DNA of 64,000 nt from Hyphomicrobiales bacterium. GTDB taxonomy: Bacteria > Pseudomonadota > Alphaproteobacteria > Rhizobiales > Aestuariivirgaceae. This document shows, piece after piece, positions 55,027-63,515 of the stretch. The notes below the pieces were generated by a model. The model was not told where the DNA came from and made no database searches. It worked only from the letters and a program-made list of their open reading frames with translations. Location: positions 161,701 through 225,700 of the forward strand of contig JAXMCQ010000005.1 in assembly GCA_046349315.1 (NCBI GenBank), written 5' to 3'. The translations under genes and the position numbers were made by a program. Each line of letters starts with the position of its first letter. Within the stretch, counting starts at the first letter, position 1.

Positions 55027-55073
55027 CCCTCGCCCCGGTGGGGCGAGGGAGGGGCCCGTTGCGAAGCAACGGG
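55027..55073. repeat. Two adjacent GC hairpins between the convergent kynB and DUF559 genes
   Basis: ccctcgcccc-ggtg-gggcgaggg (family D-like) and cccgttgc-gaa-gcaacggg. There is no U-run, so terminator function is uncertain. Confidence 0.5.
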
Positions 55074-55086
55074 AGGGTGCGGGGGA

Positions 55087-55470
55087 TCAGGTGCATCCGA
55101 TAATCGACAGGTCAGTTTTAGGGACACGCGCAAACTTGTCGGGTTCAATCAGGGAGCGGATTGTTTCAGGAACACCATCCAGATTATCGAATGCTTCTCT
55201 ATTCCAGAATCTCACCACGATGTAGCCCGCGGCCTCAACCTCGCGCGTGCGGGCCCCATCTTCCACTTTGCGCTCGGCATGCTGGCCACCATCAAGTTCG
55301 ATAATCAAGCGCGCATCAGTACTGATGAAATCAGCGATATAGTTTAGGATTGGAACTTGTCGACGAAATTTCCGTCCGCACAACTGGCGGTTCCCCAGCC
55401 TCGACCACAGAAGAGCTTCCGCACTTGTCTGATCCCGTCGTAGTCGTCGCGCGGTATGATGCGTTGGCAT
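55087..55470 (-). CDS. DUF559 domain endonuclease-like protein (Vsr-like fold)
   Basis: 127 aa. The pattern ARRLRRDQTSAEALLWSRL..R.L.G.KFRRQ..I..YIADF......LIIELDG..H is typical of DUF559. It is visibly more AT-rich than its flanks. Confidence 0.85.
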   Translation of the reverse strand: MPTHHTARRLRRDQTSAEALLWSRLGNRQLCGRKFRRQVPILNYIADFISTDARLIIELDGGQHAERKVEDGARTREVEAAGYIVVRFWNREAFDNLDGVPETIRSLIEPDKFARVPKTDLSIIGCT

Positions 55471-55524
55471 GATACTTGATCGGACGCCGCCGAGCCGCCC
55501 AGGTCAAGCCGGACCGGCCGGAGA

Positions 55525-55561
55525 CCCCCTCACCCTAACCCTCTCCCCGCCGGGGAGAGGG
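55525..55561. repeat. Family D half-element upstream of DUF559 gene
   Basis: ccccctcaccctaaccctctccccgccggggagaggg. Confidence 0.6.
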
Positions 55562-55603
55562 AACTTCATTTTCCGTCGCCCCTTTTGGAGGAGGAAGAAA
55601 AAG

Positions 55604-56038
55604 TCATATCCTCTCATTCTCGATGAGGTTCTTCAAAAGCACGACCTCGAATTCATGCGAGGCTGTGAGCCGCCGCCAGCGATCATCATCCATCGCCATC
55701 GCGCGCCACGCCATAAAGGTCAAGACAGAATGCCCAGCATCGAGCCCCAGATGCGCGCCCGGAACGACACGCACCTGGATGCGCGGCACCAGCGCTTCCC
55801 GGTTGCCGCCAAGCTTGTAGTCGATCGACAACCGCTCTCTGTCCGCATCGATGCGCACGAGAATCCGGTTGCCATCGAAAATGCTCGTTCCCGTGACGAG
55901 CCCGTCCGCCGCAATCTTCGTCTCCCATGTGCCGAATGACCAGCGATGAAGCTTCGCCGGATCGGCCATGATCGCGAAAACATGCTCCGCCGGCTGCCTA
56001 ACGACGATCGACGTGATATGCGACTGCCCGGCGCTCAT
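55604..56038 (-). CDS. SRPBCC (START/polyketide cyclase-like) family protein
   Basis: 144 aa. The N-terminal pattern ...I.....P.E.VF..M.DP..L..W is typical of SRPBCC proteins. Its ATG overlaps the upstream stop (ATGA at 56035-56038). The assignment is tentative. Confidence 0.6.
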   Translation of the reverse strand: MSAGQSHITSIVVRQPAEHVFAIMADPAKLHRWSFGTWETKIAADGLVTGTSIFDGNRILVRIDADRERLSIDYKLGGNREALVPRIQVRVVPGAHLGLDAGHSVLTFMAWRAMAMDDDRWRRLTASHEFEVVLLKNLIENERI

Positions 56039-56652
56039 GCCGCCGCCTCCGCCGCAACACTCGGCGGCTCCGTTGTGTTGACGACGAGAATGCGCACGGG
56101 CTTCTCGCCCTCGGCCAAATAGGCGTGCCCCATGCGTGAATCGAAATAGACGCTGTCGCCGGCCTCGAGCCGCAAAGGTTCGTAAAATTCGCTGGCAAGT
56201 ATCAAGACGCCGTCCATCACATAGACGAATTCTTCACCCGCATGCCGCGACAACCCGCCCGCTTCTTCGACAGAGCGCATCGACACGGTGTTGATTGCCG
56301 GATGCATCTTCTTGTTGGCAAGATCAGTACAGAGCACCAGCGCCTCGTAGCGTGCGGTATCGAGCGGCGCACCTTCGCCCTTCCGGCACACGCTACGGAT
56401 GCCATTGCCAATCGGCTTCTGATCCTCGCCGAAGAATCGCGTGATGTCGACATCGAGCGCTTGCGACAGCATGTAGAGATGATGTGCACTGACCAATGTC
56501 TGATCGTTTTCGACGCGCGAAAGGGTTGCTTCCGACAATCCCGCCAATGCCGCAAGTTCGGCGAGCGACTTGCCGCGCTCCTTGCGCAATGCCTTGATCC
56601 GCGGGCCGATCGGCAGCCCTATGCTGCGCGCCTCATCGCGGCTCATGCCCAT
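56035..56652 (-). CDS. XRE family transcriptional regulator with C-terminal cupin domain
   Basis: ORF trimmed to the ATG at 56652 (alternative start at 56646). It has HTH IKALRKERGKSLAELAALAGLSEATLSRVEND and a cupin-like HAGEEFVYVMDG...GDSVYFDSRMGH. Confidence 0.82.
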   Translation of the reverse strand: MGMSRDEARSIGLPIGPRIKALRKERGKSLAELAALAGLSEATLSRVENDQTLVSAHHLYMLSQALDVDITRFFGEDQKPIGNGIRSVCRKGEGAPLDTARYEALVLCTDLANKKMHPAINTVSMRSVEEAGGLSRHAGEEFVYVMDGVLILASEFYEPLRLEAGDSVYFDSRMGHAYLAEGEKPVRILVVNTTEPPSVAAEAAA

Positions 56653-58324
56653 ACTCGCTACGCGCCGCTGCCGGCGTAACCAAGCCCGCCGCGAGATCGG
56701 CCTCGACAAGCGAAGCCTCGCGCTTCTTCGCATCGCCGAATCCACCACCGCCGGGAAGCTCCACGACCAGGCTGTCGCCGGTTGGCACGATATGAATGCC
56801 CTTGTCGGCCAGCGCCTTGCCCGAGCCTAATCGCGCATGGCCTTTACGACCGGGCTTTCCGCCGTCGCGGCCTTGTGCCGGATTGTGAATGCGATCGAAG
56901 GTCGCCGCAGAGATCGTGAAGGGAACCGCCTCGCGATTGGCGATCTCGATGGTCTGGCTCAAACCGCCTCGCCATTCGCCGGCACCTCCCGAATCCGCCA
57001 GATATTCCTTGCGCTTGAACCACAAAGGGCACTGGCCCTCGGTGACCTCGACCGGGATCGTCCCGACGCCCGACGGGAACGCCGTGGTTGCGAGCCCGTC
57101 CTTGCCTGGCCTGCCGCCAATGCCGCCGAGCCCGATATTGATCACGCCGAAGGATTTCGCCTTCGCGGTTTCGGCCGCTGGCACGCGGCCATGGGCGCTG
57201 TTGAGCGAGAGGATCCAGATCGATCCCGCACTTTCCGCCTGCACCTTGCCGGGAAGCGCCTGCGCGAGGCAGCCGAACACCGCGTCCGCTAGCATCTGAC
57301 CGATCACATGCCGCGCCGTGACCGGCGACGGCCTTGTCGGATCGACACAGGTTCCCGCCTCGGTGACGAGATCGAAGCAGTTGAGCGAACCGATATTGTT
57401 CGGCACATGCGGCGCGATCACCGCCTTGAGCCCGAACACCGAATAGGCATGCGTATAGGTGCGCGGGCTGTTGATGCCGTAGATCGAGGCGGGTGATGAG
57501 CCCGAGAAATCGATGGTGATCTTGCCGCGTCTGATGGTGAGCTTGGCCTTGAGCAGGATCGCGCTCTCATAGCCGTCGAGCGGCATTTCGTAAGTCCACT
57601 CGCCTTCCGGCAATTGCCTGATCGCCTCGCGCGCCGCCTTTTCCGATTGCGTCAGGATATGTTTGGCGAGCGGCTCGATGGTCGTGAGTTTGAACTCCTT
57701 CGTCATGTCGAGAAGGCGCCGCGCGCCGGTGTCATTGGCGCTGATGAGGGAGAGAAGATCGCCGCGCACCTCGACCGGATTGCGCGAGTTCGCAAGGATG
57801 ATCGACATCAATTCTTCATTGATCTTGCCTTCCTTCCGCAGCATGAGATGTGGAATGAGCGTACCTTCCTCGAATGAGGAATTGGCCTTGGCCGACATGC
57901 CGACGCCGCCGACATCGATGACATGGCAGGTGGAGGCGAAGATCGCGACCGGCCTCTTGCCGATGAAGACGGGCGTCATCATCACATAGTCGAAGAGATG
58001 CCCGGTGCCGAGCCAGGGATCATTGGTGATGTAGACATCGCCCGGCTTCATCGATGCGACCGGGTATTTGTGGAAGAAGTGGCTGACTGCTGTCGCCATG
58101 GTATTCACGTGGCCGGGCGTGCCGGTCATCGCCTGCGCGATCATCCGGCCCTTGGTGTCATAGACGCCGGCCGAGAGATCGCCCGCTTCGCGGGTGATCG
58201 TACCGAAGGCGGTGCGGAGCAGCGATTGCGCCTGCTCTTCGACGACAGCGATGAGACGGTTCCACATCACCTGCGTGCGGATGGCGGCGAGGGCATTAGT
58301 GGGTGTGTTACTACGGTTTTTCAT
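56633..58324 (-). CDS. hyuB: Hydantoinase B / oxoprolinase family protein
   Basis: 563 aa. The N-terminus IRTQVMWNRLIAVVEEQAQSLLRTAFGTITREAGDLSAGVYD is typical of HyuB. Confidence 0.88.
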   Translation of the reverse strand: MKNRSNTPTNALAAIRTQVMWNRLIAVVEEQAQSLLRTAFGTITREAGDLSAGVYDTKGRMIAQAMTGTPGHVNTMATAVSHFFHKYPVASMKPGDVYITNDPWLGTGHLFDYVMMTPVFIGKRPVAIFASTCHVIDVGGVGMSAKANSSFEEGTLIPHLMLRKEGKINEELMSIILANSRNPVEVRGDLLSLISANDTGARRLLDMTKEFKLTTIEPLAKHILTQSEKAAREAIRQLPEGEWTYEMPLDGYESAILLKAKLTIRRGKITIDFSGSSPASIYGINSPRTYTHAYSVFGLKAVIAPHVPNNIGSLNCFDLVTEAGTCVDPTRPSPVTARHVIGQMLADAVFGCLAQALPGKVQAESAGSIWILSLNSAHGRVPAAETAKAKSFGVINIGLGGIGGRPGKDGLATTAFPSGVGTIPVEVTEGQCPLWFKRKEYLADSGGAGEWRGGLSQTIEIANREAVPFTISAATFDRIHNPAQGRDGGKPGRKGHARLGSGKALADKGIHIVPTGDSLVVELPGGGGFGDAKKREASLVEADLAAGLVTPAAARSEYGHEPR

Positions 58325-58329
58325 TTTCC

Positions 58330-58412
58330 GTCATGCCAGCGAAAGCTGGCATCCCCTGAGAATGTGCCGTTACTGAAATGATTCAGGGGACCCCAGCTTT
58401 CGCTGGGGTGAC
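58330..58412. repeat. 83-bp palindromic MITE-like element, family A, copy 3
   Basis: Its termini are identical or near-identical to copies 1 and 2, and its centre has diverged. It fills most of the 103-nt hyuA-hyuB spacer. Confidence 0.85.
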
Positions 58413-58427
58413 GATGAAGAAAATTCG

Positions 58428-60503
58428 TCATCCCTTCTTCTCCAGCACGATGTAACCGAGACTGTCGATGCGCGCGCTGAAATTGGCGCCGACGATCGTC
58501 GACGTCTCGTCTTCGGCAATGATTGCGGGTCCCTTGATGCGGGCGCCCGGCGCCATGTCAAAGCGCCAATAGACCGGCGTATCGACCATCTTGCCCAATG
58601 CCGCGTCATAGACCTTGCGCTTGGCTTTAGGCTTCGGTGCGGCCGCAGCCTTCACCGGCTTTGCCCGCTTCGCCGGCTCGGCGCGCGAAGACGCCGTCAC
58701 CGACCAGGTGATCGCCTCCGCTTCCATGCCTTCGATGGTGAGGCCGTAGATCTGCCGATAGAGCCGCTCGAATTCGGTGCGCAGCTTGGCGCCGTCGGCC
58801 TGGGTCAAATGCTTGACCGGAACCTTGATGCGGATTTCATGGCCCTGCCCCACATAGCGACAATCGGCAATGCGCTGGATGGTGACTGCCTGACCCTTGA
58901 GTGCCGGCTTGACCACTTCCATCGCATCTTTTGTCATCCGATCGAGCAAGTCATTCACCCGTTTCGCATCGAAACTGTCGAGGCTCACGGCCGCGCTGCG
59001 TGTCACCTCATAGGCGATCGGCGCGCGCAGAAATCCGATTGCCGAACCAACGCCCGCGCCCTTCGGCACGAGAATGGTATCGACTCCGACCTTTTCGGCA
59101 AGCCGGCAGGCATGCAATGGCGCGCCGCCTCCGAAAGCGATCATCGTGCAGGCGGAAATATCCTTGCCGCGCTCGATCGCATGGACGCGCGCCGCATTCG
59201 CCATGTTCTCTTCGACGATCTCGGCGACACCCGCCGCCGGCCAGAAATCTTCGAGCCCCAAGGGCATGCCGATATTGCGCTTGAGCGCCTGCGCCGCCCC
59301 GGTCTCGTCGAGCTTGATCTTGCCGCCCGCGAAATAGGCGGGATCGATCTTGCCGAGTGCGAGATTGGCGTCGGTCACCGCGGGCTCGGTACCGCCACGC
59401 GCATAGCACACAGGTCCCGGCGTCGAACCGGCACTGTCTGGTCCGACGGTGATGCGGCCAAGCTTGTCGACCCGCGCTATCGAGCCGCCGCCGGCGCCGA
59501 TCTCGACCATTTCAATGACCGGAATGCGCACCGGCAGGCCCGAACCCTTCATGTCGCGATAGGCGCGGGCGATCTCGAATTTGCGCGCCCGTTCCGGTTC
59601 GCCGTCGGTGAGGAGGCAGATTTTTGCCGTCGTGCCACCCATGTCGAAGGACAATACTTCGTCGAGCCCACATTCCTGCGCGATGCGCCCTGCCAGGATG
59701 GCGCCGCCAGCTGGCCCGGATTCAACAAGGCGGATCGGAAACCGTGCCGCGGTTTCGAGCGTCGTGAGCCCGCCGCCCGACATCATGAGGAAGAGCGGCG
59801 CTTTCAACCCCATGGCCCGCAAGGCCTCGCCAAGCCGGTTGAGATAGCCCGACATCAATGGGCGCACATAGGCATTGGCGACCGTCGTCGAGAACCGTTC
59901 ATATTCGCGAATTTCCGGTGCCACTTCGCTCGACAGGCAGAGCGTCACGTCCTTCGGCAATTTCCCGCGTAAGAGATCGCGAATCCGCTTCTCATGCGCA
60001 TCATGCGCATAGGCATGGAGCAGGCCGATGGCCACCGCGCCGACCCTCTCGGCGATGATCTTCTCGGCAATGTCAGCGACATTGCTTTCATCGAGCGGGA
60101 TCAGCACATCGCCGGTGACTGCAAGCCTCTCGCGCACGGTGTAGCGCCGCGTGCGCGGTACAAGTGGCGACGGCCGATCGATCATCAAGTCGTAATGATC
60201 GAAGCGCTTTTCATAACCCTGCTCTATGATATCGCGGAAACCTTCGGTCGTGATGAAGGCGGTCTTGGCACCCTTGCGTTCGATCAGCGCATTGGTGGCA
60301 AGCGTCGTTCCATGGATGAAAACGCTGACGTCCTTCGCCGCGATTTTCGCTTCATCCAGAACCAATTTGATGCCTTCGAGCACGCCAAGTTCAGGCGCCT
60401 CGGTGGTCGTAAGCACCTTGCCACTGAAGCGCTTTTTGCCGGCTTCGAGCACGATATCGGTGAAAGTGCCGCCGATATCGGCGGCGAGTTTGATGTCGCT
60501 CAT
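58428..60503 (-). CDS. hyuA: Hydantoinase A / oxoprolinase family protein
   Basis: ORF trimmed to the ATG at 60501-60503. The N-terminus is KLAADIGGTFTDIV (ASKHA-fold ATPase). The product is 691 aa. Confidence 0.88.
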   Translation of the reverse strand: MSDIKLAADIGGTFTDIVLEAGKKRFSGKVLTTTEAPELGVLEGIKLVLDEAKIAAKDVSVFIHGTTLATNALIERKGAKTAFITTEGFRDIIEQGYEKRFDHYDLMIDRPSPLVPRTRRYTVRERLAVTGDVLIPLDESNVADIAEKIIAERVGAVAIGLLHAYAHDAHEKRIRDLLRGKLPKDVTLCLSSEVAPEIREYERFSTTVANAYVRPLMSGYLNRLGEALRAMGLKAPLFLMMSGGGLTTLETAARFPIRLVESGPAGGAILAGRIAQECGLDEVLSFDMGGTTAKICLLTDGEPERARKFEIARAYRDMKGSGLPVRIPVIEMVEIGAGGGSIARVDKLGRITVGPDSAGSTPGPVCYARGGTEPAVTDANLALGKIDPAYFAGGKIKLDETGAAQALKRNIGMPLGLEDFWPAAGVAEIVEENMANAARVHAIERGKDISACTMIAFGGGAPLHACRLAEKVGVDTILVPKGAGVGSAIGFLRAPIAYEVTRSAAVSLDSFDAKRVNDLLDRMTKDAMEVVKPALKGQAVTIQRIADCRYVGQGHEIRIKVPVKHLTQADGAKLRTEFERLYRQIYGLTIEGMEAEAITWSVTASSRAEPAKRAKPVKAAAAPKPKAKRKVYDAALGKMVDTPVYWRFDMAPGARIKGPAIIAEDETSTIVGANFSARIDSLGYIVLEKKG

Positions 60504-60522
60504 GGGGTGGATTATCGCCGCG

Positions 60523-60559
60523 TCTTTCAATTTTGCAAGGAAGTTTCGCTATTGAAAGA
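60523..60559. promoter_or_regulatory. Inverted repeat TCTTTCAAT-N19-ATTGAAAGA in the hyuA / kynureninase-like divergent promoter region
   Basis: Perfect 9-bp arms at 60523-60531 and 60551-60559 within the 83-nt intergenic region. Confidence 0.4.
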
Positions 60560-60586
60560 TCGCCCAATTTGGGAAATGATCGGGGC

Positions 60587-61813
60587 ATGACCCGCGATCA
60601 CGCCATCGCCCTCGACAGTGCAGACAAGCTCATGTTTCTGCGCGATTTTTTCGAGTTGCCGGAGGGCCTGATCCATCTCGATGCCAATTCCGTCGGCCCC
60701 ATGCCGAAAGCCACGCGCGAAGCGGCCAAGGGCCTTCTCGACGACTGGGTGACGCTCCGTCGCCGCGGCTGGGCCGAGCGCCAATGGCTTGATATGCCTT
60801 CGCTTTTGGGCGACGCGATCGCCCCCATGATCGGTGCCGGCAAGGGCGAAGTCGTGATGTGCGACTCGACCACGCTCAACCAGTTCAAGGCCGTCGCGCA
60901 CGCGCTATGCATCAATGCAAACCGCAATGTGATCGTCACCCAGAGCGGCAATTTTCCCACCGATTTGCACGTTCTAGAGGGTCTAAAACACGTCTTTTCG
61001 CGCGATTTGCGCGTCATTTTCTGCGCCTCAGAAGACGAAGCTGTCGCCGCCCTGAACGGCGATGGCGCGGTCGCCGCCTTGAGCCATGTCGACTACCGCT
61101 CCGGCGAGCGCTGGAACATGAAGCGCGTCACCAAATCCGCGCATGACAAGGGCGTGCTCACCGTCTGGGACGTCTCGCATTCCGCCGGTGCCGTGCCCGT
61201 CGATGTGCGTGCCGCCGACGCCGATTTCGTCATCGGCTGCGGCTATAAATATCTCTGTTCTGGCCCAGGCGGGCCGGCCTTCATCTATGCAAAGCCCGGG
61301 CTTGCCGATCGCGCTCATCCGGCGATTGCCGGCTGGATGGGTCATGCCGATGTCTTCGCCTTCGCAGGCGAGTATGAACCGCATCCCGGCGTCAAGCGCT
61401 TCCTGACCGGAACGCCGCCGGTCGGTGCCAATGAACTGGCGAAACCCCTCCTCGACATCTGGCCCAAGGTCGATCCCCAGGCATTGTGGGCCAAGCACAA
61501 GTCACTCACCGACACTCTAATCGCGCTTCTCAAATCCGAATGCGGGCCGCTCGGCGTGACGGTGACGTCGCCGGAAGATCACGCGCGCCGCGGCGGCAAT
61601 GTCAGCTTTTCATCGCCTGGCGCCGGCTCGGTCGTCGAAGCCTTGCTCGACCAAGGCGTCATCCCGTCCTTCCGCAAGCCCGACGCAATCCGCTTCGGCG
61701 TCTCCCCACTCGTCATCCGCCATGTCGATATTTACGACGCGGTCCAGCACCTGAAGCATGTGCTTGAAGCCGAAATCTGGAAGCAGCCGAAATACGCCAA
61801 GGTTGCGGTATGA
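60587..61813 (+). CDS. Kynureninase family PLP-dependent hydrolase, second paralog
   Basis: ORF trimmed to the ATG at 60587. It aligns by eye to the 53166-54401 product (GNFPTDLH, WDVSHSAGAVPVD, GCGYKYLCSGPGGPAF, FRKPDAIRFG). Confidence 0.82.
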   Translation: MTRDHAIALDSADKLMFLRDFFELPEGLIHLDANSVGPMPKATREAAKGLLDDWVTLRRRGWAERQWLDMPSLLGDAIAPMIGAGKGEVVMCDSTTLNQFKAVAHALCINANRNVIVTQSGNFPTDLHVLEGLKHVFSRDLRVIFCASEDEAVAALNGDGAVAALSHVDYRSGERWNMKRVTKSAHDKGVLTVWDVSHSAGAVPVDVRAADADFVIGCGYKYLCSGPGGPAFIYAKPGLADRAHPAIAGWMGHADVFAFAGEYEPHPGVKRFLTGTPPVGANELAKPLLDIWPKVDPQALWAKHKSLTDTLIALLKSECGPLGVTVTSPEDHARRGGNVSFSSPGAGSVVEALLDQGVIPSFRKPDAIRFGVSPLVIRHVDIYDAVQHLKHVLEAEIWKQPKYAKVAV

Positions 61814-62898
61814 CACGCCATCCGATTCTCGGACCCAACAGATTCAAGCTCGGTATCTTCTCCGCCAATGCCGATGGCGGCCTCACCCTCACCACCGTTC
61901 CCGAACGCTGGCAGGCGCGCTGGGATGACATTGCCGAGGTCGCCCGCATGGCCGATCGCGCCGGCATCGAATTCTTCCTGCCCATCGCGCGCTGGAAAGG
62001 CTTCGGCGGTGCGACCAATTCGCGCGAACATTCTTTCGAGACGTTCACCTTTGCCGCTGCGATTGCCGCGATCACCGAAAAGATCGGCGTCTTCTCGACC
62101 ATTCACGTGCCGATGATCCATCCCGTCTATGCGGCGAAAGCCCTGGCGAGCGTCGACAACATCAGCCACGGCCGCGCCGGTCTCAATATCGTTGCCGGCT
62201 GGAATCCGGACGAATTCGCGATGTTCGGCATCGAGGCCGAAGCCGAGCGCTATGCCCAGGCGCTCGAATGGTACGAAATCATCTGCCGGATCTATTACGA
62301 GCCGAAGCCTTTCGATTTCGACGGGCGCTTTTACAAACTGCGCAATGTCTCGGGCAAACCGCGGCCCGCGCAATTGCCGCGCCCCGTAACACTCAATGCC
62401 GCCTTCGGTCCGCCGGGCCGCGATTTCGCGGCGAAGTCGTCGGACTTCCTGTTCACGACCTTTTCCGACATCGAGGCGGGCAAGGCGCACATCGCCGATA
62501 TTCGCGAGCGTGGCGCCCGTGAAGGCCGCGAACTCGGCGTCTTCACCACGTGTCATGTCGTCTGCCGGCCGAGCCAGGACGAGGCCGAGGCCTATTACGA
62601 GCGCTACGCCGTGACGATGGCGGATAAGGGCGCCGTCGACTATCACATGTCGCAGAAGCAGAAATTTGCAGGCTCGCATGATGAGGCGACTTTCCGTCTC
62701 CATGCCAAGCGCTTCGCCGGCGGCGCCGGCACCTATCCCCTGATCGGCACGCCGGAAAAGATCGCCACCGAAATGGCGCGCATGAGCGAGGCCGGCTTCG
62801 CCGGTACGACCGTGAGCTTCGTCAACTTCAAGGACGAATTGCCGTATTTTATCGAGAGCGTATTGCCGCTTATGAGGGAAACAAGTCTGCGGGCGTAG
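61810..62898 (+). CDS. LLM class flavin-dependent monooxygenase (RutA/DszA-like group)
   Basis: 362 aa. Its ATG overlaps the upstream stop (ATGA at 61810-61813). The motifs are RWKGFGG.T, SHGRAGLNIVAGWNPDEF.MFG. Confidence 0.82.
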   Translation: MTRHPILGPNRFKLGIFSANADGGLTLTTVPERWQARWDDIAEVARMADRAGIEFFLPIARWKGFGGATNSREHSFETFTFAAAIAAITEKIGVFSTIHVPMIHPVYAAKALASVDNISHGRAGLNIVAGWNPDEFAMFGIEAEAERYAQALEWYEIICRIYYEPKPFDFDGRFYKLRNVSGKPRPAQLPRPVTLNAAFGPPGRDFAAKSSDFLFTTFSDIEAGKAHIADIRERGAREGRELGVFTTCHVVCRPSQDEAEAYYERYAVTMADKGAVDYHMSQKQKFAGSHDEATFRLHAKRFAGGAGTYPLIGTPEKIATEMARMSEAGFAGTTVSFVNFKDELPYFIESVLPLMRETSLRA

Positions 62899-62899
62899 A

Positions 62900-63190
62900 C
62901 TATAACTCTTCCCATGTGTTGCGACGCGCGCCGTGAATGATCCGGAGGATAACAACCTCGCCCGCAAAAATCTTGTAGTAAAGCACATAGGGTTAGCGAA
63001 GCAGCGGGAGACGCCTGACACCCGGTCTGTCTGCAATCTCCCGCGCAGACATCGGAAATTGCGCGATTCGTTTGACTACATTGTCCAGTCGCTGAACAAA
63101 TTGACGAGCAGCAGCCGGATTGTTGGTTTCGATATCTACGAGAATTGCTTCAAGTTCGACCAGCGCTAGTCTCGAAAACCGGACTCTCAT
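62900..63190 (-). pseudogene. ParE/RelE-family toxin interrupted by an in-frame TAA
   Basis: The 65-aa ORF ends ...RRLPLLR at a TAA (62993-62995). The same frame continues PYVLYYKIFAGEVVILRIIHGARRNTWEEL to a TAG at 62900-62902. The expected YPY motif implies a TAC/TAT to TAA change. Confidence 0.75.
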
Positions 63191-63417
63191 CCGCGTCGAT
63201 ATTTGGCCAGCAGCTTCTCAACTTCCTGCTCCGTCGCGATCTCGCCCCGCTCCACGGCCGCTAGCCCTTCATCGATTGCATGCAGTTCCTCTGTCGTCGC
63301 GCGATAGGGACCAGCCCGCCGTTCCTCGATTTCAAGCGCGATCTGAGCAAGTTCCTCTTGATCCTCCCGCGGCCACCGGGCAATGCGGATCAGCATCTGT
63401 TTGATTTCTGCATTCAT
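63187..63417 (-). CDS. Putative type II antitoxin cognate to the ParE-like toxin
   Basis: 76 aa, acidic. Its stop overlaps the toxin ATG (ATGA at 63187-63190). I did not confidently recognise the family. Confidence 0.6.
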   Translation of the reverse strand: MNAEIKQMLIRIARWPREDQEELAQIALEIEERRAGPYRATTEELHAIDEGLAAVERGEIATEQEVEKLLAKYRRG

Positions 63418-63515
63418 ATCGAAAGATTACCACGATAACTTTCTTACGGAAAGTATTGCATGATGTTCATTGCAGGCTACGCTCGTCAAAATCACAAGCC
63501 GCTGGAGCAACGCAC

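Noticed and set aside
58809-59972. 387-aa plus-strand ORF opposite hyuA
   Set aside because: It is an antisense shadow ORF.
61732-63036. 434-aa minus-strand ORF opposite the LLM monooxygenase gene
   Set aside because: It is an antisense shadow ORF. It would also read through the TA-module pseudogene region incoherently.
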